A DNA stretch of 64,000 bases from Aplysia californica. Its lineage: Eukaryota. Shown here piece after piece: positions 40,030 through 52,800 of the stretch. Positions within the stretch are counted from its first letter, which is position 1. Each line of letters opens with the position of its first letter. The notes under the pieces were generated by a model. It searched no databases and was not told the origin of the DNA. It saw only the letters and a list, made by a program, of their open reading frames with translations. Where the stretch lies: contig NW_004797557.1 in NCBI RefSeq assembly GCF_000002075.1, forward strand, positions 554,989 through 618,988. The letters are read 5' to 3'. The translations under genes were made by a program, and so were the position numbers.

Positions 40030-40478
40030 GGAGGTAGACAGTGGTCAGATTAGTTTCACACCTCTTGCTACTCAGGGAATTTTCCATGCTGGAGCACCAC
40101 TCAAGCACTTTACAAGCAGAGTGGTGAGATTTCACACCCGCATGACCCTGTCAATCTGCACTGCCTAGGGCTCAAATGGGCGGGGTAGCAGCTGACCCCC
40201 AAACTTCTTTCCTTCTCCCGCCTTTCTTTGCCTGGCAGTGTGGTGTAAAGATTACTGCTGATGGAACCAAACTTGGGAGCTTTTTAGTGCTGATTGGGCA
40301 AAGCATTTCATTTTCTGTCTTAGACTGGTCAAAACCCTTCAAAGGGAATTAATTTCTCTGTCCATTTCAGGGTTGAACAGGTTTTCATCTACTGCAGGTG
40401 TATCTAGAGGTATTCATCAAGGGGGGAGCATGGAGTTTTGGTTATGACAGGTTCTTGTCTTGATCAGGTTTCCATTGT
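40030..40478 (-). mobile_element. Partial inverted copy of the 38545-39420 MITE
   Basis: Reverse complement matches GAGCCCT..TGCAGAT.G.CAGGGT..GGGTGTGAAATCTCAC..GAGGTGTGAAA. Confidence 0.7.
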
Positions 40479-40839
40479 TATTGTTTTTTTACTCCAAAAG
40501 ATTCCTAATACCTTGATACACACAAAGTGACAATTAAACCCAGATTCAAACAACAAGTGTTCAAAAACACTTTGAATTCTGGGTGAACCTTGCTATCCAC
40601 CGTGATGAAATGTTCAATCCTTTGAACCTCGCAAAAGCAGTGGCGAGGTTATAAGATAAAAGTTCACCGGTTGAGTGCCATGGGTCAGTGAACCTTGCTA
40701 TCTTCCTCCACGTGGTCATTTACTTATCGATTTCACTTAATGTGTTGAGGGACGAAATAATGTTCACCCTTGATGCAAAACGTTAGCTCACTTGCCTGCC
40801 GTTAGGACATCATAAAATGACCCAGAGCATGTTTTAAAC

Positions 40840-42290
40840 TTACTTTCTTTTACTTTTTCATCCTCTGTTGCCGTTAAGCGTCGAGGGGAGATGCAGATTT
40901 CTATGGTAGGCCAGCTCCGCTGCTTTTTCAGTAGTGATGTTATGTTTTCTTAGGGTTTCCTTGACACCCTTGATCCCCCTTTTGCTCGGCCTTCCTCTTC
41001 CTTTTTAGCCTGAGTGCTTGGTGACATGCATAACAGGTGACCAAACCATTTTATCCTCTGTCTTTCTATGTAATGCAGGCAGGACTCAGTGCTGATAGCT
41101 GCTCTTACTTGTTCATTTCTCTGCCTGTCTCGTCTTGTAATGTTAAGGGTTTTGCGGAGACATTTCATTTCGCTTGCAGTGGTTTTGCTTTCATGGGTTT
41201 TGCTTAAGGTCCAGGTCTGGCACTGATAACATAATATTGGTATGAACATTGAGGTGATAAGCTGTCTCTTTGTGTCCATAGAGATGTTTGGATGAGATAG
41301 GAGGGGTGCAAGCTGGAAGGTGACAGCGTTGACTTTTTGAGTTCACATTTCTATTTCTCTGTCTATGGACCCATTTTCAGAAAAAGTGCTGCCAAGATAT
41401 TTAAAAACTCCTTCACCTGTTTCAGTTGTTAACTATCGACATGGATGTTCGGGGAACTATGGTTTCGGCTCACTTTCATAACTTCTGTTTTTGATGTGCT
41501 TATTTTCATGTTGAATTTCTCACAGGTGTTGTTGAGTTCGGTAGTGTGATTTTGGAGGCTTTGTTGGTCATGATGAATAAAACATTGGTCGTCTGCGAAC
41601 AGAAATTCATTTAGGCTTTCTGGGCTTTGGTTTGCTTCTTGAGTTATTGTGTCCATTTATATTATAAACAGGAGGGGAGATAAAACGCATCCCTGTCGTA
41701 CTCCAGATCTTACTTTCCAGTCTGTATTGCCTTCCTTCGTTATTACTAAACTTCTGCTGTTGGTATACAGAGCTCTGACATTATCTAACATTTGTCCTCT
41801 GACGCCATACTTTTCGAGTGTGTTCCAGAGCTTTGCATGGTTTACTCTGTCAAAAGCCTTCTCCTGGTCTATAAAGACGATGTTGGATTCTTTGTTGTGT
41901 TTGATTGTTTTCTCGCGTATCTGTCGTCATGCGAATACGGCATCCGTGCATCCTCTTCCCTTTCGGAATCCAAACTGAGCTTTGCTCAGATTTCTCTCCA
42001 AAATAGGTCTTATGCGCTGCTCTAGTATTTTGGTGTACATTTTTCCTGAGTGGCTTAACAATGAGATGGCTCTATATGTTTTGCAGTCGTGTTTTTTGCC
42101 CTTTTTTTTCCATAATGGTACCACTATGGCTTTCTGCCAGTCTTCTGGGCATTTTCTTTGTTCCCAGGCTCTGTTGAAAATACGCCTCAGCCACAATGTA
42201 CCTGTGTTTCCACAAGCTCTTATTATAATGGCTTCCACTCTGATGTCATGTGGTCCTGGGGCATGTTTTAAACACTGTGCATTATTTTAA
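40840..42290 (-). mobile_element. RTE-like LINE, 5'-truncated and degenerate
   Basis: PEDWQKAIVVPLWKKKG, YRAISLLSH, QFGFRKGRGCTDA, LFADD, YQCQTW, IKWFGHL. Confidence 0.92.
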
Positions 42291-43218
42291 AGACAACCCA
42301 AAGATAGCAAGATTTGTGGAACAACCAAAAGTCACACATACTTTGCTTTGTAAATTGTTCATAACCTTGCTTACCAAAAAGCACTTGTGACTAGAACCTT
42401 TCTTACGAAAAAGGGTTTTGTCGCTGACTCAGATTGCACTTAGATTTATCAATACTTCCTTGTAGGATTTTGTCTAAGGCCCATCACAATACATAGTGGA
42501 CAAAATTTTGATTGTTTACATTGAACATTAACAATATTTGACTGTTGGTAATTTTTTTTCAATTGAGCACCAAGGACTTATATCTCATTTAGTTAAGTAG
42601 GTCAGAAGTTTTGTTTTTTCCAAAGTCAAAGGCCAAAACTTGTAGCTTTTCCTTTGTACTTTGTCCTTGCAGAATTTAGGCTTTCAGAATACGTCTGACT
42701 CTAATGACCAACCCTTTCATTTGTTTTGTGAGATCTTAAGTCTGGACCCTCATAGTTTGTGAAATATGTTGCTTAGTTTAGTGGTGATAGATTGCAAACA
42801 ACACTCTCACTTCGCCATTTTTTCTCCATTTAAATTCTTCTTAGCCTTAGAGACGGGAATATTACAGTGTTTGGCTAATTAATGTTTTGCAGTTTTGTTT
42901 TTATAATTTTAGGTTTCTTGGAAGTAGGATGAAAATTGATATGCCACATTTATAGAATTGAGAAGATGATAATATTTGATTTAATCGTAGATGTGTTCAG
43001 TGTTTTTTCAAAAGCGTATTGTAGTTATTGTGTGTACATTTTGAAATTTACTTAAATACCACCACTGTCTACCCTTTCTTTTCCAGTGTATTATTCAAGT
43101 ATGAAGGGTGGTCTCTTTCAAGGGAATGAACAAGAAAGAAGTGCGTAAATCGTGTCTATAACTTCTGAACGGAGATGCTTTTCCTGTACATTTTGCTTCA
43201 ATAACTTCAGAATTTCAG

Positions 43219-46200
43219 CTATGTCTTGGTGGAATAGTGATTTTGTTTCCCCCAAGTCTACAGGCAAAATCAGCTTAAGACGCATCAACTTATTTTGTCA
43301 AGCAGACATTAGTTTTGCCGTAGAACCTTCTTTAAGTAGATGTATACCAGATATAGCTTTGGGAAATATAATGCCTGACAAAACTGACACAGTTTCTTTC
43401 AATGATATTCTGAATAAAGATTTCAGTGGGATTGGAATGTCAACTCCACTAGCTAGCAAAACAAAAGGCAACGGATTATTAGGTGATACCGCCATGATAC
43501 CTCTCAAAGGCAGGAATGGAACTGAACAGATTGATGAAAAAGTTTTAGTTGAGTGTTTTTGGGATAAAAAAGAAAGTGAAGAAGGCGAATGTGGGAATGG
43601 TGTCGAAAATGAAGTTAAAAGAGATACATTAAGATCTGTGGTGCCTGGGAATTGTGACAATGTTAGTGTGAGACATTTTGTTACTTACAATGCCAGGTTG
43701 CTGCCAATGATGAATAGTTCACAGACTATTAGAGAAGAGCCTGCTGAAACAAGGGATGATGTGTTGAATAATTCTTGTAAAATGGTAAAGACGCTGCCCA
43801 GTAACAGAGCTGTTGGATGCCAAAGAGAGGAAGAAAATGTACAACAAAGAAGACATATTTATTCTAAAATTATGGCCCCAGTGAAATCTGGGTATGATGG
43901 AACTGATTGTATTTGTTTGACGACTGTGGATCATAACCCAAAAGACAATGGTCAGATGTTGAAGGAAAAGTGTCCTCAATTTACTGGTCCTAATGTAGAA
44001 GGAGATTTAGCAGACGCTGCCACAAATGTTAAAACAGAACTTCCTTCCTCATATGCAGATAAAGATTACAACTGTCCATTTGAATTACCTACTAGTACTA
44101 GACCTGTGCTACTAACCTTTGTCACAAATGCAGCTTCAGAGAATATAAAGTATCACAAAGTCAAAGATGCAGATCTCAAACTATGCTCTAAAAATTCTCT
44201 TAAGTGCAATGAGTTCTTTAAAGGTGACAGAGAGGGTAATTTTCTCAAAACTGAACGAAAGCTTCATTCAAGACTACTTGATGTTTCAAAACACTGTCTC
44301 AAACTAGACAGATACACTGAAAATCCGCGGCAAGCTGAAGAAAAGGAAAATGAATTTGAATGTACAGAGAATTTAAAAGTGAAAAGAGTAACAAACAGTA
44401 TTGAATTGACTTCTTCAAGAACTAAGGGTGATAACTATAGAGGTACAAAGCCACTAGAGAAGAATGAAATAATGGAGGCACATTCTCTAGCTCAAAGCAA
44501 TATCAGTTTTGCGAAGATGGAGACTGTCAATCAAGATTGTTTGAATGAGAAAAGTGGTGCAGGCCATCAAAGTGGTAGGTCTAAAGGGAATAAAGTTGGA
44601 AAAGTGTACTGCACGAGGGCAAGGGCAAAAGCATTGACTGAGAGTATAGAGAAAAGTTTGATGAAAGGCAATTTGAAATGTGATGTGCCAGATTTTAAAC
44701 CTGTACCAAAAGAACCCATAAATAGTTCGAAAAGAAAGATTTATAATACAAGGGCACTTAATAGGAAACAGAAGATGGAAGCAGAAATGAAAGTTCATTC
44801 TACTGCTATAGGTCAGAAAAGTCCTGAAAACGATTACCATGAAGGGCATAATGTGTGTGGAACAAGGGCACGGGAACACAGCGGTATGTCATCACATTCC
44901 ACAAAGCCGCCTGTATCTGAAATGACATTTGAGACCTTTATAGCATTGAGAACCAAACATGAATCAAATGATGTCTCTTCAATTACTTCAAACTTTGATA
45001 AGAAGTTAAGAGAGAGAACACACTACAGTGCAACAGTTAGCGGTGTACCTACCAGTGCAGATAATGGTGAAAAAATGAAAAGTGCTAATTTTGTTTCCAG
45101 TCGAGCAGCTGCTATGATTTGCTCCAAGAACACACACTCTTCCGCTGAGAAAGACCAGACAATGGGAAGAGTATTGAGAGAGCGAAAGCCAAAGTCTTCA
45201 AATTTTGAAGCTGTACTTCCTGGTTATGGATATAAAAATGTTAAAAAAGTTGGGGAATCAAAGCTGGTGGGGCAAGTAAAGTCAGTACATGTAAAGAAGA
45301 CTCAAGGAGGAAATGGCACCATGGACAGAAAACGTCAAGTGTGTGCCAAGGCAATCCCTGAAGTCAGGAATGAAATGAGTTCTAATTTAGCTTTAAAGAA
45401 AGAGAAGAAAGTCAAACAGCAAGAAAATAATCCAGGGAAAGTAGTCTCTCAAAAGTCTTCAACAGGTCCATCTGACTTTGAGAACAAATGCACAGAAGAA
45501 AAAAACCCTTCAAAAAAGCATGAGGAAACACTAATATCGGTTAGTGAACTTTGTTCTGTAGCTGGGGAGAAAAATGTTTCTGATTATCCCCATTATTCTA
45601 GTCAACATTTGAGTTTGACAGTTTTAGGGGCAGATACTATACTAAACTGTGACTCTGGTATTCCAAATCAAATTCAGGCAAATCAAAAAAGGTGTGAACA
45701 AGCTATGTGTCCTGACATCATTTTGAATAAAACAGTGACAAAACTTCCAGAGAGTGGCTCAGAAATAAGTCATATCAGCTTATCTCAAATGTCAAGAAAG
45801 ATACCAATAGAAACTCAGGCGTCAAGGCAAAAAACAGACTGTGCCAGGACAAAGGCAGTATTTCTAAAACCAGCTAAAATGAGGCTTACAGATTTTGTTC
45901 ATTCAAAAAGAGCTGTTCAGTCTGACTCAATAAAGACTGATGTGCCCGTGCAGAAAACTTCCAGCCAGAGAACAGACCTTGTCAAAACAAAGCCGATAGC
46001 TCTTGCTCTTAAGCAAGATGGAAAGAGAAATGCAGTTGCAGTGAGCTCCAGAAAAGCTGAAGAGTCTAATCAAATTAGGATTGAGGGATTGAGACCTGAA
46101 AGGTCAAGAATAAAAACAGATCCTGTCAAGTCAAAGTCAAAGCTGACAGTTCCAAAAAAAATTGAAAAGAAAAAGACAGTTTTGCTTTGTTCAAAGGCAG

Positions 46201-46830
46201 CTTTACCGCGTTCTCCAAATAGTGCAACCACCAGCACATCCTGTTGCAGAACTGATTCGTCAGTAAACTTTGTTTCTTCTGATAAATGTGGGATTTCAGA
46301 AGTCTTGAATGAAAATAAAAGACAAAGTGGTTCTCATGCAAATTTTGTTTCCTGTCCATCAGCTACAGTGACTGGCAGTCAGAGAACTCATTCTTCCACT
46401 GAGGAAGACAAGACCATGGGAAGGATATTGAGAGAGAGAAAGCCGAAGTCTTCCAGCCTTGGGGTTGTGCATCCTGGCAATGGACATGCTATTGTGAAGA
46501 AAGTTGGGAAATCTAAGCCTGTGGGCCAAACAAAATTGGTGAAGAAGACTGAAGGTGGAAATGGCCTCTTGGAAATGAAACATCAAGAGTATGCAGAGCT
46601 GGAGGCAATCACAGAAATGAAGAAGGAAGTGAGTAGGCCGACTGATTTGACGGTAAAGAAAGAGAAAAAAGTCAAACAGCAAAAAAGTAATCCGGGGAAA
46701 GGAGTCTCTCAGAAGTCTTCCACACACACAGGTCCTTCTGACTGTGAGAACAAATGCTCTGGGGAAATACAGTCTTTGGAAGGGAATGAGGAAACACTGA
46801 TGTTTGTTGGTGCTCATTGCTCTATAGCAG
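43219..46830 (+). CDS. APN1: Endonuclease IV gene, giant 3.6-kb exon (K/S/E-rich extension ending in the first TIM-barrel strand)
   Basis: Stop-free over 3.6 kb; ends [11 protein letters not shown]|gtgagt in phase 1. Confidence 0.85.
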
Positions 46831-49800
46831 GTGAGTCCTTGTGTCCTCTTCCTAGTCTTTGTTCACTCTAGAGTTGTTTTTATGTCTTTTGTTGTGACAT
46901 GATCTGTCTTTGATTGCATTGCCAAGATGCAATCTTGAAGGCGCTTTTATCTCATCATGTTTGTTACAAAACTTCTTGGCCGTGACAATGCCTCATTTAT
47001 TTATTTTTGTTTGTTTGTTTGTTTTGCTTCGTTTCGTTTTGTTTTTTGCTCTTGGTATTTTGGCGAAGATATTATGTAAAGTCACTATTTCTGGCTCTGA
47101 GCCATAGATTTTAACATTTATTATTGTTAACTATAATTCTAATTTTGTATCTTTAATGGAGGCAGCTTTCATGAAACAGATGATTATTTCAGTATCAGAT
47201 GCTAAAGCTAACTATTGTCTTCTCAACAAACTAGAGATTGTATCATGTGCTTTTGGAGCATGGATGTAAGAACATTTGTGTAGAAAAAAGGATTGTTTTA
47301 GAATTAGGGGAATCATCACTGTGAGACAAAAAGAAGTAATACAGCAAGTAGTAATGTATCTCTAGTTTCAAAATAAGAAGCAGAAAGGGGCGGGAGTCTC
47401 TGGGAGGGAGGTAGTGGGCCATATATACATATATATATATATTTTTAAAAATATTTTTGAAAATTTTTTATTCTACACACTCACAAGACTAGCAAAACCT
47501 TCACTTTCAAGGAATTGTAAATGTAATTTTTGTACTTTTGTGCCACAGGTGGTGTCAGCAATGCAGTAAAAGAGGCAAAATCTCTAGGTGCGAAAGCTTT
47601 TGGTTTGTTTGTGCGTAATGGCAGGACTTGGAAACTCAACGCTTTAAATGAGAGTGAAAGTGAGAGGTTCAAAGCTGCGTGTAAGGTCAGTATAACTGCG
47701 TACATGAAGAAGTTAATTACTTACTATCTGTTACGCCATCTGGCGTTTAGGGTAGAGACGGGCGGGAAGCACTTTTTTCTTCCCGAGCGAGAAGACCGAG
47801 AAGCTGACCTTCTTCTCGCCGGGACCGGTACCGTAGTGCTTCGTCTCGTGACCAATTTCTCTTCTCGCGCCATTCACGAGACGCTCACTAAGCGAGAAGG
47901 CCGGCCGTGGCTGGGGCCTAAACTAGGCTAGCCCTTTTGCACAGGCGCAGGCGGTGAAGGAAGGTCGGGAGACATAGGCCTAGGCCTGATCAACTCCCCA
48001 CTCGCCTCATCTCGCCACCCTCTCCCCTCCCATTCAGTTTCAGACACAGGACGGCACGGTGATGGGTGACACTGTCTGCGTGTCCTTTCTCGCTGGCTGT
48101 GCCGCTCTTTCCGTCGACACCTCCCACTTTCTCAATCTCGTTACTCGTTATGTCAAGCCAATGAGCGGTATCACTTCTCGGTACCGGGCAGTAGTTTAGT
48201 GGCCGAGCAGTGACGGGAAGGGCATTTCTCTCGAGAAACAGGTACTCTTCTCAGCTCGTGCCCGCTCTTAGTTTAGGGCAGCAACAATGGATCTCCAGTT
48301 CTGTCTGTTTTGGGCCATCTTGGTCAATGTCCCCGACGAATGGTTCCAGGACTTCATTTCAGACTCAACTGTGCGTCTCCAGGTCACTTTGGGTCTGCCT
48401 CTCTCGCGATGTCCTTTGGGTGTCCTGTGGAGGGCAGTCTTTACAATAGAGTCTGGTTCTCTTCTCAGAACATGCCCAATCCATCTCCATCTTCTCCTTG
48501 TTATTATGGTGGTCATGACCTCTTGCCTACATTTTTGTAAAAGATCTGCGTTGCGTTGGAAATTTTGTCGGGCCAGAAGATTCGGAGGATTTGGCGTAAG
48601 CTGGTTGTATGAAAGGAAGATAGCTTGACACGGTCATGATCACTCATCCTCCAGCATTCAGCTCCATATAGGAGTGTGGATAGTACGCAGCTGTTATATA
48701 GCTTTAACTTGGTCTGTATACTGAACTGTCCTGACTTCCAGATGTTGATTATGCTTCTGTGAACAGATCTTTCCTTGCCGGGTCTGTTCATGATGTTTTC
48801 CTTTGTGCCGCCGTCTGTTTTAATTATGCTGCCTTGGTAGGTAAATTTGTCTAATAGGCAGGTCTGCGTTGTTCCCCCTAATCAGCGATGGGGAGCCTGC
48901 ATTTAGTGTCATCACTTCTGTCTTCTTCTGGCTTATTCTTAACCCAATCTGGGGTCTGTATTTGTGAAGTCTGGTTTGTTTTTTCCTGCATGTGGTGGTT
49001 GATATGGGAGAGTAGTGCGAAGTCGTCGGCAAAATCAAGATCCTTGAGGGTGGAGAAGAGGGTCCACCTGATGCCTCTCTGTCGTTTTCCTCGTGACCTA
49101 GTCAATGGCAAGTTGAACAAAATTGCTGACATTTGCATTCTTCTCTAACTCCTGTCTTTACCTCAAAAGCAGTAGTACTGTTTCCAATGACACACTTGAA
49201 AATTTGGTAGAAGCTCTGGATGACCTCAACTATCTTGCAAGGGATTGCATAAGCTCGTAGAATGGACCAAAGACTTTCTCTATGCACACTGTCGAACGCC
49301 TTTTCAAAATCAACGAAGCTGACATAAAGTTGTCTCTGCCATTACGTGCACTGTTCTATTTAATTATGTTGCGGAGGGCAAATATCTGATCTGTGTATCT
49401 TCTTTCTTTTGTGGAATCCTGCCTGTTCTTTTCTTAAGCAGCTGTCCGCTACATACGATTAATAATAATCTTGGCCACGATCTTGCTGGGCACTGATAGC
49501 AACATGATACCTCTCCAGTTGTTGCAGTCTCCAAGAGCTCCTTTCTTTGGTACCTTAACAATGACTCCAGTGCTCCAGTCTTCGGGAATCTGCTCTCACT
49601 CCCATATGGTTTTGAATAGTGGCTGAAGAATGGTGGCAGTCAGTTCTGGGTCTACATTAAACAATTCAGCATTCAGGTTGTCCTTTCCTGGAGATTTTCT
49701 TGATTTCAGGCTCTTAACAGCTTTTACAATCTCGTGTTTTTGTGGTGGGTTAGAGCTGATATCAAGATCCAAGGTAGCTTCCTGTATGTCTGGGGTGTCC

Positions 49801-52800
49801 TCAGGTGGAGGTTGGTTAAGGACTTCCCTGAAGTGTTCTATCCAGAGTGCTTCTTGTTCTTTCTCGATTGTCAGCAGCTCGCCAGTCTTGTCCTTGATTG
49901 GTCCACTCATTCCACTGTGGTACTTGCCACATATTATTCTTGTGATCTTGTATAGATCTACGTTGCCTTGTTCACCTTTAGCAGTTGCCTCCTCTGCCTC
50001 AGTTGCCAACTCTTCCATGGCTTCTCTTTTGTCCTTCCTGACCAGTCTTGTAACTTTCTGGCAAGCTTCCTTGTAATCCTCTGCGTACTTCTCTTGTAGC
50101 CATATCGACTTAGCTGCAAGCTGTCTTTTCTTGATTTGTCTCCGTTCTTCAATAGTTTCCCATGTTCCTTGTTCTATCCATTCTTTGTTTGCATTCTTTT
50201 TCTTGACACCAAGACATGTCTTATTGCTCTCTGTGTAGGCCTCAACAATATGCTTCCTTTGGGTATTGACTTCATCTGCATTGGGGGTGGTTTCTTCCAG
50301 GTCTTGGATAGCTTGAAATCGGTTCTTTAGCTCTAGTTGAAAGGCAGATTCTCACATTGCCATCACTGAGCTTTTGAACATTAAGTCACGTCCTTGTCAC
50401 CTCCCTGGTGAATGTTTTCTTCAGCTTGTGTTTTATCCTTTCCGTCACTAGATGATGATCGCTGTCGACATCTGCTCTTCTTCTGACTTTCTCATCCTGA
50501 AGGGAATGTCTCCACATTCCTCCTATCATGAAGTGGTCAATCTGGTTCTTGTCTCGGCCATTTGGAGAATTCCAGGTCAGTTTGTGGATTGTACGGTGTG
50601 GGAAAAGGGTTCCGCCTATTACCAAGTTGTTCAATGCGCAGAAGTCCACTAGTCTTTGACCGTTCTAATTTCTCGTACCCATACCATGTTGTCCCATCAC
50701 TCTCTCATAGTTGGTGTTATCCTCTCCTACTTTAGCATTCAGATCGTCCATTACAACGATAAGGTCGTGACGAGGTATACCTGTCAATTCCCTTTGCAGC
50801 TGTTCATAAAAACAGTCCTTGCTTTCATCTTCACTGTCGTAAGTAGGGACGTAACATTGGATGATGCTTGTGTTGGTGTGCTTTCCCTTCAGTCTCACTG
50901 GCATCATTCTGCTGTTGATCGGTTTCCACTCTATGAGGCATTTCTCAAGTCCCTGTTTTAGGATGATAACTACACGTTCCCTATGCTGGTTGTCTTCTCT
51001 GCCGGAATAGATCAGTGTTTCTCCAGTTGCTGTTCTCAGCCTGCCGGATCCTGTCCAGTGACTTTCACTTATGCCCAGAACGTGCAATCTATATCTCCTC
51101 ATCTCTGCCGTTACTTGTGCCAACTTACCAGTTTTGTACATTGTCCTTACATTCCACTGTCCTATGATGACTTTTGTCTTTGCGGTGTTCAGGTCCTCCA
51201 TCTTCCTGCAAACAGCTTCCTTGCGGCTTTCACTGCCGGTATTCATACGAGTCCCAAGAGACTGAAGGTTCATTACACACAGAAATATGGTTCTCTTTGT
51301 TTCTGTTTCCGTAACATAGGATTTTTGCCAGTCTGGGTTGTTAGCCTTGAGCTGAACCTCCGAAACCTGGAGAGCCGGTGGATCACGCTTCGTCTGACCC
51401 CCACCCGTCAACCTGTCTGGCATGGGTGGCCCTACCAGGAGCATTAGCTCTTGGGGTGACTGAGGCACACAAGCTCTCTAATCACTACAAGGTAGTGACC
51501 CACTAGAGAGACATGAAGAAGTATCACACTGTAATTTGCTTTGATATATATATATATTATATGTTCTTTTGGAAACCCAGCAAAAAGGTTGGCGAGTATG
51601 CATTTGTGGTTACTTCTCCAATGTGAAATTGAGTCTCTGAATTTTTAATGGGTTTTTTTTTCATTTCATCCTCCTTTATACAGATGAAGAAGAGGTGGGG
51701 TTGATAAGTTGTTGAAGGGCACCTCTGGAAAGTCTTTCTTTTCCTCTGTTGTTTCTGCCCATTTATGTTGTTTTTTCTTTCCGATTACAAATATTGAATA
51801 TTGTCAATGTCTCTCCTCCGTCTTTTCTTTGTATGATGCTCACTAGTGACCTCTCTAATCTTTAGCACACGTACATATGAGTTAATTGTGTTGCAAGTCC
51901 CATAAAACTCTTACTAAAACTACAAAAGAAAAAAATGTTCCTCTTAAACAGAGATTACCTCTTCACCTTGGCTATGTTCTGCTAGACTAAATAATGAAAT
52001 GTATACACTTATGTTTTCCGGCAGGAACATGGCTATTCTCCACATCTTATTCTGCCCCATGGCTCTTATTTGCTCAACTGTGGATCATCAAATCCAGACA
52101 CATTGAAGAAATCGCGAGACACTTTGGTCCATGAATTGCAGATCTGTGAAAAATTGGGTCTGACTCTTTACAACTTCCACCCAGGTGAGCATTTTGTCTC
52201 TTTTAGTGTAGAATTGCTGGCTTTGCTCTGATAAGGTTATTCCATGATACTGAAATGTGAACATTGTAAAATATGAAAGATTTCAACTCATCCCCTATTT
52301 CTTCACTTCCTTCCCTTATTCCTTGTGCCCCTTTGAAAAGAATAAGCCCATTGAGTTTGTCTGATGCTCCTTGTCTTATTATATTTTTTTATATTTATCC
52401 CCCGGGGCAGTGCCACTGACTGTAGTGTCTTTAGGCCATTCCCAAAGGGGGGACATTTCTCGTTCAAGCACAGTAGAATTGTAAATGGGCTGATTCATCA
52501 TGTCACGCTCATAACTGTGCCTGATCTGCAACAGGGAACTGCTGCTTTTTCTTTCCTAATCCTTACTATTGTCATTTTCCTTTACTTCTTTTGTATGTTT
52601 GTAATACTCTTGTGACCCACTATTTCCTGGGTGCCTTGATAATTAAAGCAGACTTTGTGCTTTTGAAGCTAGAGAGGTGAGCAGAGTAAGTCTGATTCCC
52701 TGTAAGGACTTCTCTGCTGACACCCACCCCTTGGCGCTTATATGACCTTATGCAGTTGTGAGCGCCGTAAAACCCTCTACTAAAAAAAAAAAGTACCTTT

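Larger units (their letters stand above)
47714..51510 (-). mobile_element. Near full-length RTE LINE (APE + RT), inactivated, in an endonuclease IV intron
   Basis: 12-bp TSD ACATGAAGAAGT (47702-47713, 51511-51522); [43 protein letters not shown]; (AGTA)n-like tail. Confidence 0.95.

Noticed and set aside
43152-46871. 1239-aa ORF as a stand-alone gene
   Set aside because: It ends in the Nfo GAH motif followed by a strong donor; it is an exon, and the ORF start and stop are intronic read-through
49630-51447. Plus-strand ORFs of 100-150 aa (also 7246-8109, 41649-42290)
   Set aside because: Antisense shadows of LINE ORFs
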